From Bdellovibrionales bacterium (GTDB lineage: Bacteria > Bdellovibrionota > Bdellovibrionia > Bdellovibrionales > UBA1609), in contig JAWLHR010000011.1 of the NCBI GenBank assembly GCA_041690295.1, positions 1 to 64,000 on the forward strand: 64,000 bases of DNA, in the 5' to 3' direction. How positions within the stretch are numbered: position 1 is the first letter of the stretch; each line of letters opens with the position of its first letter. A program made the position numbers and the translations under genes. Positions 28,230 to 37,362 of this stretch are shown one piece after another. The notes beneath the pieces are model-generated. The model searched no databases. It saw only the letters and a program-made list of their open reading frames with translations, and was not told the origin of the DNA.

Positions 28230-30686
28230 CTAGCGTCTCCGACCTTTCGCCTCGGGGCGGGCGGTGAGAGGGTCTTCAGGCCAGGAATGTTTGGGGTAGC
28301 GGGCGCGGAGTTCTTTGCGGACTTCGACGTAACCGGTGCGCCAGAAATTACCAAGGTCGGACGTGACTTGGACCGGGCGGAAATTTGGACCGAGCAAGCG
28401 GAAAGTCAAAGGCACGCGACCGAACACGAGGCTCGGTCCCTCGCGCAAACCAAAAACCTCTTGCAAGCGAACGTCCACGAACGCTGAATGCATCTCCGAG
28501 TAATCGATCTTGTGACGAAACCCCGAGGGCGCCAGCCAATCCGCCGGCACTTCGCGGTTCAACACCGCCATCGCTTCCGAACCAAGAACAGTGGCAAAAA
28601 TCCCAACCAAGTCGCCGGATAAAACCTGCTCGATGCTCGTGCAACCGTAACCCGCCATGCGCAAGGCTTCGCGGATTTTCTCTTCGCCAAAAAGCTCGGC
28701 GGAACCCGGATCATGATGAGCTAAAAACTTCCAACGCCGCACCAGCGATCCAAGTCCCGCATGACGCTCCACCAGCTGATCCCAGCGCCGCCAAAGCTCT
28801 TCACCCATTAACTCGCTCACCTGGTCGGCCGCCACTTCCGTTAACGTGGGACGGTCGATCGGTAAATCGAGAATAAAACGACAACGCCGGCCGAAGAACC
28901 GCTCCTTCTCCTCGTCAAAATAAACATCTTCGCGCGTTTCCACACGATCGCCGAGATGACGAAGCAGAAAATCTTTGTCGAAACCCGACGCCAAACTCAC
29001 CAGCGTATCGGCCTGACCGCCCTGATCCACGCCCTGCAACGCCACAAAGAATTCACTTCCGCGCGCCAAAGATTCGGGCACTAAACGCACACCGCGACCC
29101 CCGACCATCAATCCGCGGTCTCCGCTGTCGCGCCGGCGGCACAAGCGATCGAGCTGTGACAACAAAAGCACTTTTTGCACATCTTCCAACTCGGCCTCGC
29201 GGGAATCCGCCGCAACCAACCCGCTCAACTGCTCCGCACTCTGCCGAATCCAACCTCGCGCCCGACCCCGACGGGCCTCTTCAAGCCGAACCCATAAATC
29301 GCAATTCACTCCGCCGAATCGTTCATAATTTCCCGCCAACGAATCCCGTTCATTCAAGATGGCGCAAATCCAAGCCGCGGTCTGACCGACTCCCAGCTCT
29401 TCACCTTTCGCCAAAATCGCCCCTAACCGGGGCGGCAAAGGAAAATCCGCGAGACGCCGGCCGAAGTTCGTGATCCGATGATCCTGACCGATCGCCCCCA
29501 AGCTCATCAAAAATCGTCGGGCAAAATCCAGCAAAGCCCCGGGCGGAGGATCAAACCACGAAAACGAACTGAAATTGGAAATCCCCATTTGCGAAAGCCA
29601 AAGCAACGCCTGACTCAAGTCCACACGCTGAACTTCAGGCACCGACTCTTCGGACTGAGTCACTTCTTCGTGGGGCGTCCACAATCGCAAACAAAGTCCG
29701 GGCCCAAGGCGGGCCGCGCGGCCCGCGCGCTGGCGGGCGCTGAAAAGAGAAATCCGTTCCAGCTCCAGGGCCGAAAATCCCGTGCGCAGATGACAGTGCA
29801 TAACTTTCGCAATCCCCGTGTCCACAACGGCATCCACACCGTCCACCGTCACCGAAGCTTCCGCCACGTTCGTCGCCAAAATGATCCGCCGCCGGCCGGA
29901 ACCGCCGCCACGCAAGACCTGATTCTGTTCGGCCAACGGCAAAGAACCATGAAGTGGAACACGATCGCCATCCAAGCCTTCGAGCTTTCCGCTCAACCGT
30001 TCGATCTCTCCCCGCCCCGGTAAAAACACAAGTACATCCCGCCGGGTACGATGAAAAACGTCTCGAACGGCGGAGGCCGCGCGACTGTAAAACTCCTCAT
30101 CGGTCCGCAACCGCAGCGGCTGATTCTGATGTTCAATGGTCAGCGGAAAGGTTTCGCCGGCGATATCCAAATGAACCGAATCGTCCAAATAAGACGTCAA
30201 TCTCTCCGCATTTAAAGTGGCCGACATGATCATAAGTTTCAAGGGCGAGCCCACCATCTGTTGCTCTTTGAGATAGGCCAGCGCCAGATCCTGATTCAAA
30301 TTCCTTTCGTGAAATTCGTCGATGACCACCAGATCCACGCCACGCAATTCGGGATCGTCCAGCAGTTTGCGCAGGAACAAGGCATCGGTCATGAAAATCA
30401 ACCGGGTCTTCGCGCTCACCCGCGACTCAAACCGAACCTGATAACCGGCCTCTTCGCCGACCTTCCAGCCGCGCTCTTCACACACACGATGACAAGCGGC
30501 CACCGCCGCTATCCGCCGCGGCTGCAAGACGAGAATCCGCCCGCTAAAAACACTCAGCATTTGCGGAGGCAATCGGGTCGTCTTTCCCGTACCGGGCGCA
30601 GCCGTGAGAATTAAATTTGAACATCCGCGAACCGCCGAAACGATCTCCGGCAACCGCGAATCTATGGGTAATGGAGTGAGATTCAC
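28230..30686 (-). CDS. hrpB: ATP-dependent helicase HrpB
   Basis: 'GTGKTT', 'DEFHER', 'MSAT', 'QRAGRAAR', C-terminal 'RYPKHSWPEDP'. Confidence 0.96.
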   Translation of the reverse strand: MNLTPLPIDSRLPEIVSAVRGCSNLILTAAPGTGKTTRLPPQMLSVFSGRILVLQPRRIAAVAACHRVCEERGWKVGEEAGYQVRFESRVSAKTRLIFMTDALFLRKLLDDPELRGVDLVVIDEFHERNLNQDLALAYLKEQQMVGSPLKLMIMSATLNAERLTSYLDDSVHLDIAGETFPLTIEHQNQPLRLRTDEEFYSRAASAVRDVFHRTRRDVLVFLPGRGEIERLSGKLEGLDGDRVPLHGSLPLAEQNQVLRGGGSGRRRIILATNVAEASVTVDGVDAVVDTGIAKVMHCHLRTGFSALELERISLFSARQRAGRAARLGPGLCLRLWTPHEEVTQSEESVPEVQRVDLSQALLWLSQMGISNFSSFSWFDPPPGALLDFARRFLMSLGAIGQDHRITNFGRRLADFPLPPRLGAILAKGEELGVGQTAAWICAILNERDSLAGNYERFGGVNCDLWVRLEEARRGRARGWIRQSAEQLSGLVAADSREAELEDVQKVLLLSQLDRLCRRRDSGDRGLMVGGRGVRLVPESLARGSEFFVALQGVDQGGQADTLVSLASGFDKDFLLRHLGDRVETREDVYFDEEKERFFGRRCRFILDLPIDRPTLTEVAADQVSELMGEELWRRWDQLVERHAGLGSLVRRWKFLAHHDPGSAELFGEEKIREALRMAGYGCTSIEQVLSGDLVGIFATVLGSEAMAVLNREVPADWLAPSGFRHKIDYSEMHSAFVDVRLQEVFGLREGPSLVFGRVPLTFRLLGPNFRPVQVTSDLGNFWRTGYVEVRKELRARYPKHSWPEDPLTARPEAKGRRR

Positions 30687-30735
30687 GCAAGAGAATTATG
30701 CAAAAGGAATGGAAGAAGACAAAGGAATAATCGCC

Positions 30736-30768
30736 AAAAACTCCCCGGAATTCCGAAGAACTCCGGGC
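30736..30768 (-). terminator. Intrinsic terminator of flagellin 1
   Basis: Minus strand CCCGGAGTTC-TTCG-GAATTCCGGG-GAG-TTTTT. Confidence 0.65.
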
Positions 30769-30823
30769 AGGTAGGCACCGCGGGAGCGGAGAACCTACTC
30801 CCGCGAAAACAATCTCAATTCAA

Positions 30824-31657
30824 TTAGCCGATCAACTTCAGCGCCAAGCTCGGCTGAGTGTTGGCCTGAGTCAAAATTCCCACCGAGGCGTTCAACAGGA
30901 TGTTATTGCGGGAAAGCTCGGCGGAACTTTGCGCGATGTCGGCATCCCGGATCCGCGAATTCGCGGCCGAGAAGTTTTCAACCGCCACACCCAGATTCTC
31001 GGTGGTGGAAACCAAACGGTTTTGGATCGCACCGAGAGTCGCGCGATGGCCGTTCACCATCCGTTGAGCGTCTTCGAGGACTTCAAGAGCCTCGCGGGCG
31101 CCGGCCTTGTCGGAAAAGTCGAAACCATCAATCCCTAAGGCGGCGGTTGTCGCGTTGATCTCCGAGGGAGAAAAACCAATTCGGTCCCGGAAATCATTAT
31201 TGTTAATGTCGATTTGGAAATCGAAGTGTTCGCCTTCACCGTTAATGAGCGTTGTTTTTCCGAAGCGGGTGGTTTGAGCGATACGTTCCGATTCCATTTT
31301 CAATTGTTGAATTTCTTTATCAATGAATGAGCGCTCCACATCACCGACTGTATCGGAGGCCGCCTGCACGGCGAGTTCCCGCATACGAGTCAAAATATTG
31401 GAGATCTCACCCAATCCGCCTTCCGCGACCTGCACCATGGAGATACCGTCGTTGGCGTTACGCTGAGCTTGCGCGTAACCGCGGATCGTCGACTTCAAAG
31501 CCTCACTGATCGACAGACCAGCGGCATCATCGGCCGCTTTGGTGATGCGGCTTCCAGAAGCCAACTGCGCGAAGCTTTTGTTGATTTCACGTTGTGTGAC
31601 ACCCATCGATCGTTGTGCATTGATCGAGGCCACGTTGGTACTGACTCTGAGTCCCAT
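30824..31657 (-). CDS. fliC: Flagellin 1 (277 aa, D0/D1 only)
   Basis: 'LASGSRITKAADDAAGLSI', 'NANDGISMVQVAEGGL', 'SRIRDADIA'. Confidence 0.97.
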   Translation of the reverse strand: MGLRVSTNVASINAQRSMGVTQREINKSFAQLASGSRITKAADDAAGLSISEALKSTIRGYAQAQRNANDGISMVQVAEGGLGEISNILTRMRELAVQAASDTVGDVERSFIDKEIQQLKMESERIAQTTRFGKTTLINGEGEHFDFQIDINNNDFRDRIGFSPSEINATTAALGIDGFDFSDKAGAREALEVLEDAQRMVNGHRATLGAIQNRLVSTTENLGVAVENFSAANSRIRDADIAQSSAELSRNNILLNASVGILTQANTQPSLALKLIG

Positions 31658-31833
31658 TTTGTTCTCCTTTTGCCCTCGCGGGGCGATGGTAAAAGAAGTC
31701 CCTTTCCCTTCCGCGCGAAACCGTACCTACTCAGTCGCACGCTGAAGAGCTCTAAAAATCCATGAGCTTGGGTTGATTGTTTTTGTTTTCCTCAACACCG
31801 GACCGGCTAGGTCCTGTGCTTCAGACGACAAGC

Positions 31834-31860
31834 TATTCGGCGAGTCGGGTGAAGGCTTAA
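31834..31860 (-). promoter_or_regulatory. sigma28 promoter, flagellin 1
   Basis: TTAA-N15-GCCGAATA; implies a ~170-nt leader. Confidence 0.75.
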
Positions 31861-32146
31861 GTCGCGTCCTGTGAATCTGGACGAAAGATGGAAAATTTCT
31901 GGACGATCGCCCTGGAATTCCCGACCTATCGCGGGATTCTTCAGGACGACGGACGAGTCTTAGGACGTTTCGGTTAAGACCTTGAGCACCTCACCCATGG
32001 GCGGTGCGGACCAACACCGAGTCGAGCCGCCTCCCATTAGTACCCCGAGGAACAAAGTTGCTCCCCGGGTAGGTCAGGTACCGCCGCGGAATTTCCGCGA
32101 CCGGGAGAGCAAAGGAGCAACTCTCCCGTTTTCAAAGTTCAAATCA

Positions 32147-32980
32147 TTATCCAATCAGCTTCAGCGCGGCCGCCGGCTGCATATTCGCTTGCGTCAACAC
32201 GCCGATGGAGGCGTTGAGCAAAACGTTGTTGCGCGCCAGTTCCGCCGAGCTTTGCGCCACGTCGGCATCGCGGACCCGTGAGTTCGCGGCCGAGAAGTTT
32301 TCGATCGCGACGCCGAGGTTTTCGGTGGTCGAGATCAATCGGTTTTGGATCGCGCCCAAATTCGCGCGGTATCCGTTCACCTGGCGCTGAGCATCTTCGA
32401 GAATTTCCAATGCCTCACGCGCGCCGTCTTTGGTCGAAAAATCGAATCCATCCACGCCAAGAGTGGCGATCGTGGCGTCTTGTTGGCTGGCATCGAACGA
32501 AATCCGGTCATTGAAGTCATCATTGTTGATGTCCACTTGGAAAGTGTACTCGGAACCGGTTCCGTCAAGCAGAGTTTGTGATCCCCAGCGAGTGGTTTTC
32601 GCGATACGTTCCATTTCATTTTTCAACTGTTGAACTTCTTTATCGATAAATCCCCGCTCGATCTCACCGACCGTGTCGGAAGCGGCCTGCACGCCCAATT
32701 CACGCATGCGGGTCAAAATGTTTGAGATCTCGGCGAGTCCGCCTTCGGAAACCTGAACCATCGAGATACCGTCGCTGGCGTTTCGTTGCGCCTGCGTGTA
32801 ACCGCGGATCGTGGATTTCAAGGTCTCACTGATCGAGAGACCGGCGGCATCGTCCGCGGCTTTCGTGATCCGCGAACCGGTGGCGAGCTGCGCGAAACTC
32901 TTGTTGATCTCGCGGCTCGATCCGCTCATCGCGCGTTGTGCGGCGATGGACGGGATATTTGTAGTAATTCTCAGACCCAT
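32147..32980 (-). CDS. fliC: Flagellin 2 (277 aa)
   Basis: Start MGLRITTN after AAGGAGG; close paralog of flagellin 1. Confidence 0.97.
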   Translation of the reverse strand: MGLRITTNIPSIAAQRAMSGSSREINKSFAQLATGSRITKAADDAAGLSISETLKSTIRGYTQAQRNASDGISMVQVSEGGLAEISNILTRMRELGVQAASDTVGEIERGFIDKEVQQLKNEMERIAKTTRWGSQTLLDGTGSEYTFQVDINNDDFNDRISFDASQQDATIATLGVDGFDFSTKDGAREALEILEDAQRQVNGYRANLGAIQNRLISTTENLGVAIENFSAANSRVRDADVAQSSAELARNNVLLNASIGVLTQANMQPAAALKLIG

Positions 32981-33203
32981 GGAGGTCCTCCTTTGCAGTT
33001 GAGGCGAACCATCGCCCGGCTCTCCCGACTCGAACCTACTCAAGTCCTAATGAGGAAAGCGACGCTTCCATGCGCTCTTGGGTTGAACACGTTGGAGCAG
33101 TAGATGAATTTAATGAACGCCAAAGCTTCAAGCGAGCATCTCACGGGCAGTCACTCCCGAAGGCGCTCTCACCTGGCGTGAACCCATTCACTGCACGCCT
33201 AAC

Positions 33204-33230
33204 CATTCGGCGAGGTCTGGGCGAACTAAA
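33204..33230 (-). promoter_or_regulatory. sigma28 promoter, flagellin 2
   Basis: TTTA-N15-GCCGAATG; implies a ~215-nt leader. Confidence 0.72.
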
Positions 33231-33334
33231 GTCTCGTCCAGTGAAACTGGACCATGGTCCGACCAAAACTGGACCTTCGATCGGGATTTTCACATGAAAT
33301 CAAATTTGTTTAATGACATCGTGTGTTCGGACTT

Positions 33335-34087
33335 TTATCGCCCGGACGAATGACTTTCAGACGTGGGTCCAAGAAGGTGTTCTTCACACGCGCGGGCGGC
33401 GAGCCAGAAATTGAGTTTAGCCCGCGCCCCGGAACTTAACGATTCCGGCCATTCAGGAACCAACTCTATGATTTTGAGGACTCCGCGAACCACCGATTCC
33501 GGTGTGCGGGCATCAATGGTTTTCACCAGTGAGTCGGGCTCACGAAAGCGCCTATACGCCCAGTCCATGACCAAGGCTTCGATTTCGTCCTTGAAGAGAG
33601 GATCCCGCTGCCTGAGGAGTTTCAATTGATAGAAATAGGAGAGACATTGTTTCGCACACCGCCCGATCAACGGCGGCGCGGATTCCGGATCGACATGGAT
33701 CACGGGAGCGCCAATGTGTTCAAGAATGGCCGTTATGGCCTCAATATGATTCTGCAGCCAAAGGAGAAAAACCAACTCACGCTCAAACGCCGGAGTGAAC
33801 ACGCCGTCTTCCAAAAAGCGCGCGAGGAATCGGATTTGGATCAAAGGATCGAGCGATCCACCTTCGGTCATCAAAATGCGTGTGAGATCGACATTATCAC
33901 GGACCCGGATTTCCGCCGGCACATCCAGGGATCGTCGCTTCTCCAGAAACTCGCGCAGGTTCTTGACCGCCGTCGCGGCGTTCCCCTCTCTGGCTTCACG
34001 AATGAGCTCGTTACCGAGGGCCGCAAGCCACACGGAAGCCCGCGACTGGGTGGAGGAGGAGAGAAGAAACCACAGCAAAAGTTCCAC
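33335..34087 (-). CDS. Hypothetical helical protein, possibly secreted
   Basis: 250-aa ORF divergent from the radical SAM gene; short hydrophobic N-terminus. Confidence 0.55.
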   Translation of the reverse strand: MELLLWFLLSSSTQSRASVWLAALGNELIREAREGNAATAVKNLREFLEKRRSLDVPAEIRVRDNVDLTRILMTEGGSLDPLIQIRFLARFLEDGVFTPAFERELVFLLWLQNHIEAITAILEHIGAPVIHVDPESAPPLIGRCAKQCLSYFYQLKLLRQRDPLFKDEIEALVMDWAYRRFREPDSLVKTIDARTPESVVRGVLKIIELVPEWPESLSSGARAKLNFWLAARACEEHLLGPTSESHSSGR

Positions 34088-34143
34088 AACGCGAGAAGCT
34101 GCAAGAGCTAAGCCAGGCTTTTTGTGTTATAGAATCGGCGTCT

Positions 34144-35178
34144 ATGAGCATAAAAGGGCGAGGCACGTCCACCAATCCATTCAATCGCTTTGATAAACAT
34201 CAAGTGAAACTTGACGATAGCGAACCGGCTGTCGCGCCCCGCACGGAGATCCTGCGCGACATCTCCCGCAGTATCGTCGCTGAGAACGACAGTCCCGACA
34301 TCGGGTTTCGTTATTCCATCAACCCCTATCGCGGATGTGAGCACGGCTGCGCCTATTGTTACGCCCGTCCCACTCACGAGTATCTCGGATTTTCCGCGGG
34401 ATTGGACTTCGAAACGAAAATCCTCGTTAAGGAAAATGCCCCGCAATTGCTGCGTGAAAAATTGATGTCAAGAAGCTGGAAACCTGAATTGATCGTGATC
34501 AGCGGCAACACGGACTGTTATCAACCGCTGGAACGAAAGTTCCGTCTCACGCGGGGACTTCTTGAAGTGCTGCTCGAGTTCCGTAATCCCGCGGGCTTGA
34601 TCACAAAAAATCACTTAATCACCAGGGATTTGGATCTCCTTTCTGAAATGGCGGCTTTGAACATCGTATCCACCACCATTTCCATCACCTCTCTCGATAA
34701 CGATCTGATCGCCGCGCTCGAACCGCGAACTTCGCGGCCGGCGGCTCGCCTTGAGGCGGTCGCGGCCCTCGCCCAAGCCGGCGTTCCGGTGCATGTGAAT
34801 GTGGCACCGGTCATTCCCGGCCTGAACGATCACGAGATTCCAAAAATCCTAAAAGCCGCGGCCGAGGCCGGCGCGAAAACCGCGGCCTTCACGCCGGTGC
34901 GATTGCCGCTCGCGGTTTTACCTATATTTACGGATTGGCTGGAGACTCACCGGCCACTGAGAAAAGACAAAGTTTTGAATGCGATTCGCGACGTGCGAAG
35001 GGGAAAACTGAATGATTCCAATTTTGGAACACGAATGCGTGGCGCGGGTCCGGTTTATGATCAGATCTCTCAGCTGTTTAAAATTCATTGCGCTAAATTA
35101 GGTTTGAATAAAGAAAAATCCAATCTCACCACCGAACATTTCCGGCGACCGAGCGATCAGCTTTCGTTTTTTGATTGA
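34144..35178 (+). CDS. Radical SAM protein (PA0069/Rv2578c, spore-photoproduct-lyase-like family)
   Basis: 'SINPYRGCEHGCAYCYARPTHEYLG..GLDFE', 'NTDCYQP', 'LEPRT', C-terminal 'QLSFF'. Confidence 0.92.
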   Translation: MSIKGRGTSTNPFNRFDKHQVKLDDSEPAVAPRTEILRDISRSIVAENDSPDIGFRYSINPYRGCEHGCAYCYARPTHEYLGFSAGLDFETKILVKENAPQLLREKLMSRSWKPELIVISGNTDCYQPLERKFRLTRGLLEVLLEFRNPAGLITKNHLITRDLDLLSEMAALNIVSTTISITSLDNDLIAALEPRTSRPAARLEAVAALAQAGVPVHVNVAPVIPGLNDHEIPKILKAAAEAGAKTAAFTPVRLPLAVLPIFTDWLETHRPLRKDKVLNAIRDVRRGKLNDSNFGTRMRGAGPVYDQISQLFKIHCAKLGLNKEKSNLTTEHFRRPSDQLSFFD

Positions 35179-35190
35179 GAGTGCGCCCGG

Positions 35191-35226
35191 AAAAAAACCC
35201 CGGGGCGTGTGGGACGACCCCAGGGC
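35191..35226 (-). terminator. Intrinsic terminator of flagellin 3
   Basis: Minus strand CCCTGGGG-loop-CCCCGGGG-TTTTTTT. Confidence 0.75.
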
Positions 35227-35334
35227 GGGCTTAATTCAGGCGGCGATTGTCTGTGGGCGTCGCCGCCCTAATAAGGGACCATGATTCCAGCCGGTGGCGC
35301 GAGGGGCACCACCGGCCGAACTTAAATTCTTTGA

Positions 35335-36165
35335 TTAACCGATCAATTTGAGAGCCGAAGCCCCGTTCTGATTGGCTTGGGCCAGAACCCCGACCGATGC
35401 GGCCTGGAGAATTTGCGCCGAAGTCATCTCGGAGGTTTCGTACGCGATGTCCGCGTCAGAGATACGAGATTTCGCGGCGGTCAGGTTTTCGTTCTGAATG
35501 TCGAGGTTACTCGTGGTCATCTGCAACCGGCTTTGAACCGCACCGAAGTCAGCGCGCATCTTACCGATTTTAACCAACGCTTCGTCCACCGCGCTCAGGG
35601 TATCCCGGGCGGAATCTTTGTCGGCGATGCCGACTCCATCAATCCCGAGAGTGCTGGTCGTGGCGTCCGCCTCGATTTTGTAACGGATCACGTTTTCTTC
35701 TTCATCGGCGAAGGGTCCGACATGGTATTCGAATTCCTCACCGTTTCCATCGAGCAATGCTTTGTTACCGAATCGGGTGGATCGGGCGATACGATCGGAC
35801 TCGGCCACGAGCTGTTGCGCTTCCTGATCGAGGAACTCACGTTCCACGTCACTGACCGTATCCGATGCGGCTTGCACGCCCAATTCACGCAAACGGATCA
35901 AGATATTTGAAATCTCATTGAGTCCGCCTTCCGACACCTGAATCAATGATTGCGCGTTGAAGGCGTTGTTGCGCGCGGCTTTAATACCGGCCAACTGACC
36001 GCGGATGTTTTCAGACACCGCGAGTCCCGCGGCGTCGTCCGCGGCTTTTACGATACGCGAACCAGACGCGAGAGCCTGTTGCGCGTGTTCCAAACGGGAT
36101 TGCTGTTTAGACAACACCCGGTGCGCCGACACAGCGGCGATATTTGTATTGATCCTTAAGCCCAT
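35335..36165 (-). CDS. fliC: Flagellin 3 (276 aa)
   Basis: 'MGLRINTN', 'SGSRIVKAADDAAGL', 'SRISDAD'; TAAGGAGG RBS. Confidence 0.97.
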   Translation of the reverse strand: MGLRINTNIAAVSAHRVLSKQQSRLEHAQQALASGSRIVKAADDAAGLAVSENIRGQLAGIKAARNNAFNAQSLIQVSEGGLNEISNILIRLRELGVQAASDTVSDVEREFLDQEAQQLVAESDRIARSTRFGNKALLDGNGEEFEYHVGPFADEEENVIRYKIEADATTSTLGIDGVGIADKDSARDTLSAVDEALVKIGKMRADFGAVQSRLQMTTSNLDIQNENLTAAKSRISDADIAYETSEMTSAQILQAASVGVLAQANQNGASALKLIG

Positions 36166-36401
36166 TGTGGCCTCCTTACTTGCTTGGCCCAGATTCCGTC
36201 GAGCCGCTGCTCAGATCGCCCGCCCACAGTCGTCCATCGGCGACGGCGAAAAGAACAGGTCGTCCCTGTCGTTTAAGTTTTTAGTTGTCGTTGGGAGGCC
36301 TCCGGTACAAAGGGGTGACTGACCCTTTGATCCGGAGTTCTTGAGGCAAGGTCACTGCTGAAATGAACCTGCCCGAGAGTGCTCCAACGTGTTCGCTATA
36401 C

Positions 36402-36428
36402 TTCTCGGCTTAGGTCCAGGAAGCTTTA
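36402..36428 (-). promoter_or_regulatory. sigma28 promoter, flagellin 3
   Basis: TAAA-N15-GCCGAGAA; implies a ~230-nt leader. Confidence 0.85.
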
Positions 36429-36531
36429 GGCTTTGGTCTAGTCTAGGTAGGTATGCAGCGCGTCTAGTAATTGAATAGACTGATTAAACGATGCAAAAAA
36501 TTTTTTGCTCTGCGCATCACAACGCAGAGCA

Positions 36532-37362
36532 TTATGTTTCTAAAAGACGCATCGCTCGTCGCGAAGAAAGGTTTGATTGGGCCACCACGGAGATGGCGGC
36601 TTCTTGCACCAGCTGAGCTTGAGCCAGCTTGGCCACTTCATCAGCCATGTCCACGTCCACAATATGCGCGCGGGCCGTATCCAGGTTTTCACCTTGAACT
36701 TCAAGCGCGTTGATCGCGTATTGCAGTCGGCTTTGCATGGCGCCGAAGCTGGCGCGTGTGCCCGCCACTTTTGACATGGCATCGTCGATATATTCGAGCG
36801 CATCCAGCGCGTCGTCTTGATCGGCGATTTCCAAATCATCGATGTCTAAATTGCTGGCCGTGGTATTGGCGTCCAGACGAAACTTAATCACATTGTCTTC
36901 GCCTTTATAAGCGCCGACCTGGAATTCGAAATTCTCGCCTGAACCGGTAAGCATCTGTTTATTTCCGTAGCGGGTGGTTTTGGCGATTCGGTCGAATTCC
37001 GCCACTAATTGGGTGAATTCATCGTTAAGGAACTCTCGTTCTTCTTCACCCACCGTGTCCGAGGCGGAATACACCGCCAACTCACGTAAACGCACGAGAA
37101 TATTGTTTTGCTCATTAAGCCCACCCTCGGCCGTTTGAATCATGCCGATGGCCGCCTCGGCGTTAAATTTCGCTTGTTTAGTACCCGCATGTTGCGCGCG
37201 CAAGGATTCGGAAATGGCGAAACCCGCGGCATCATCACCGGCCTTCACAATCCGCGAACCAGAGGCAAGGGACGATAATGATTTATCGATGGTTTGTTGC
37301 GCTCGATTTAAGAACCGTCCCGCTTGCATGGGGACAATGGATGAGGCAATTCGAAAAGCCAC
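36532..37362 (-). CDS. fliC: Flagellin 4 (276 aa, divergent termini)
   Basis: 'LASGSRIVKAGDDAAGFAI', 'QTAEGGLNE'; GTG start after AAGGAGG. Confidence 0.95.
   Translation of the reverse strand: MAFRIASSIVPMQAGRFLNRAQQTIDKSLSSLASGSRIVKAGDDAAGFAISESLRAQHAGTKQAKFNAEAAIGMIQTAEGGLNEQNNILVRLRELAVYSASDTVGEEEREFLNDEFTQLVAEFDRIAKTTRYGNKQMLTGSGENFEFQVGAYKGEDNVIKFRLDANTTASNLDIDDLEIADQDDALDALEYIDDAMSKVAGTRASFGAMQSRLQYAINALEVQGENLDTARAHIVDVDMADEVAKLAQAQLVQEAAISVVAQSNLSSRRAMRLLET

Noticed and set aside
33335..35178. Radical SAM gene as a flagellin-modifying enzyme
   Set aside because: The sequence fits the widespread PA0069/SPL-like family and is on the opposite strand; position alone is not evidence.
31658..36400. 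c-di-GMP or other known riboswitch in the long flagellin leaders
   Set aside because: I could not recognise the GEMM consensus by eye; an Rfam/Infernal scan is needed.
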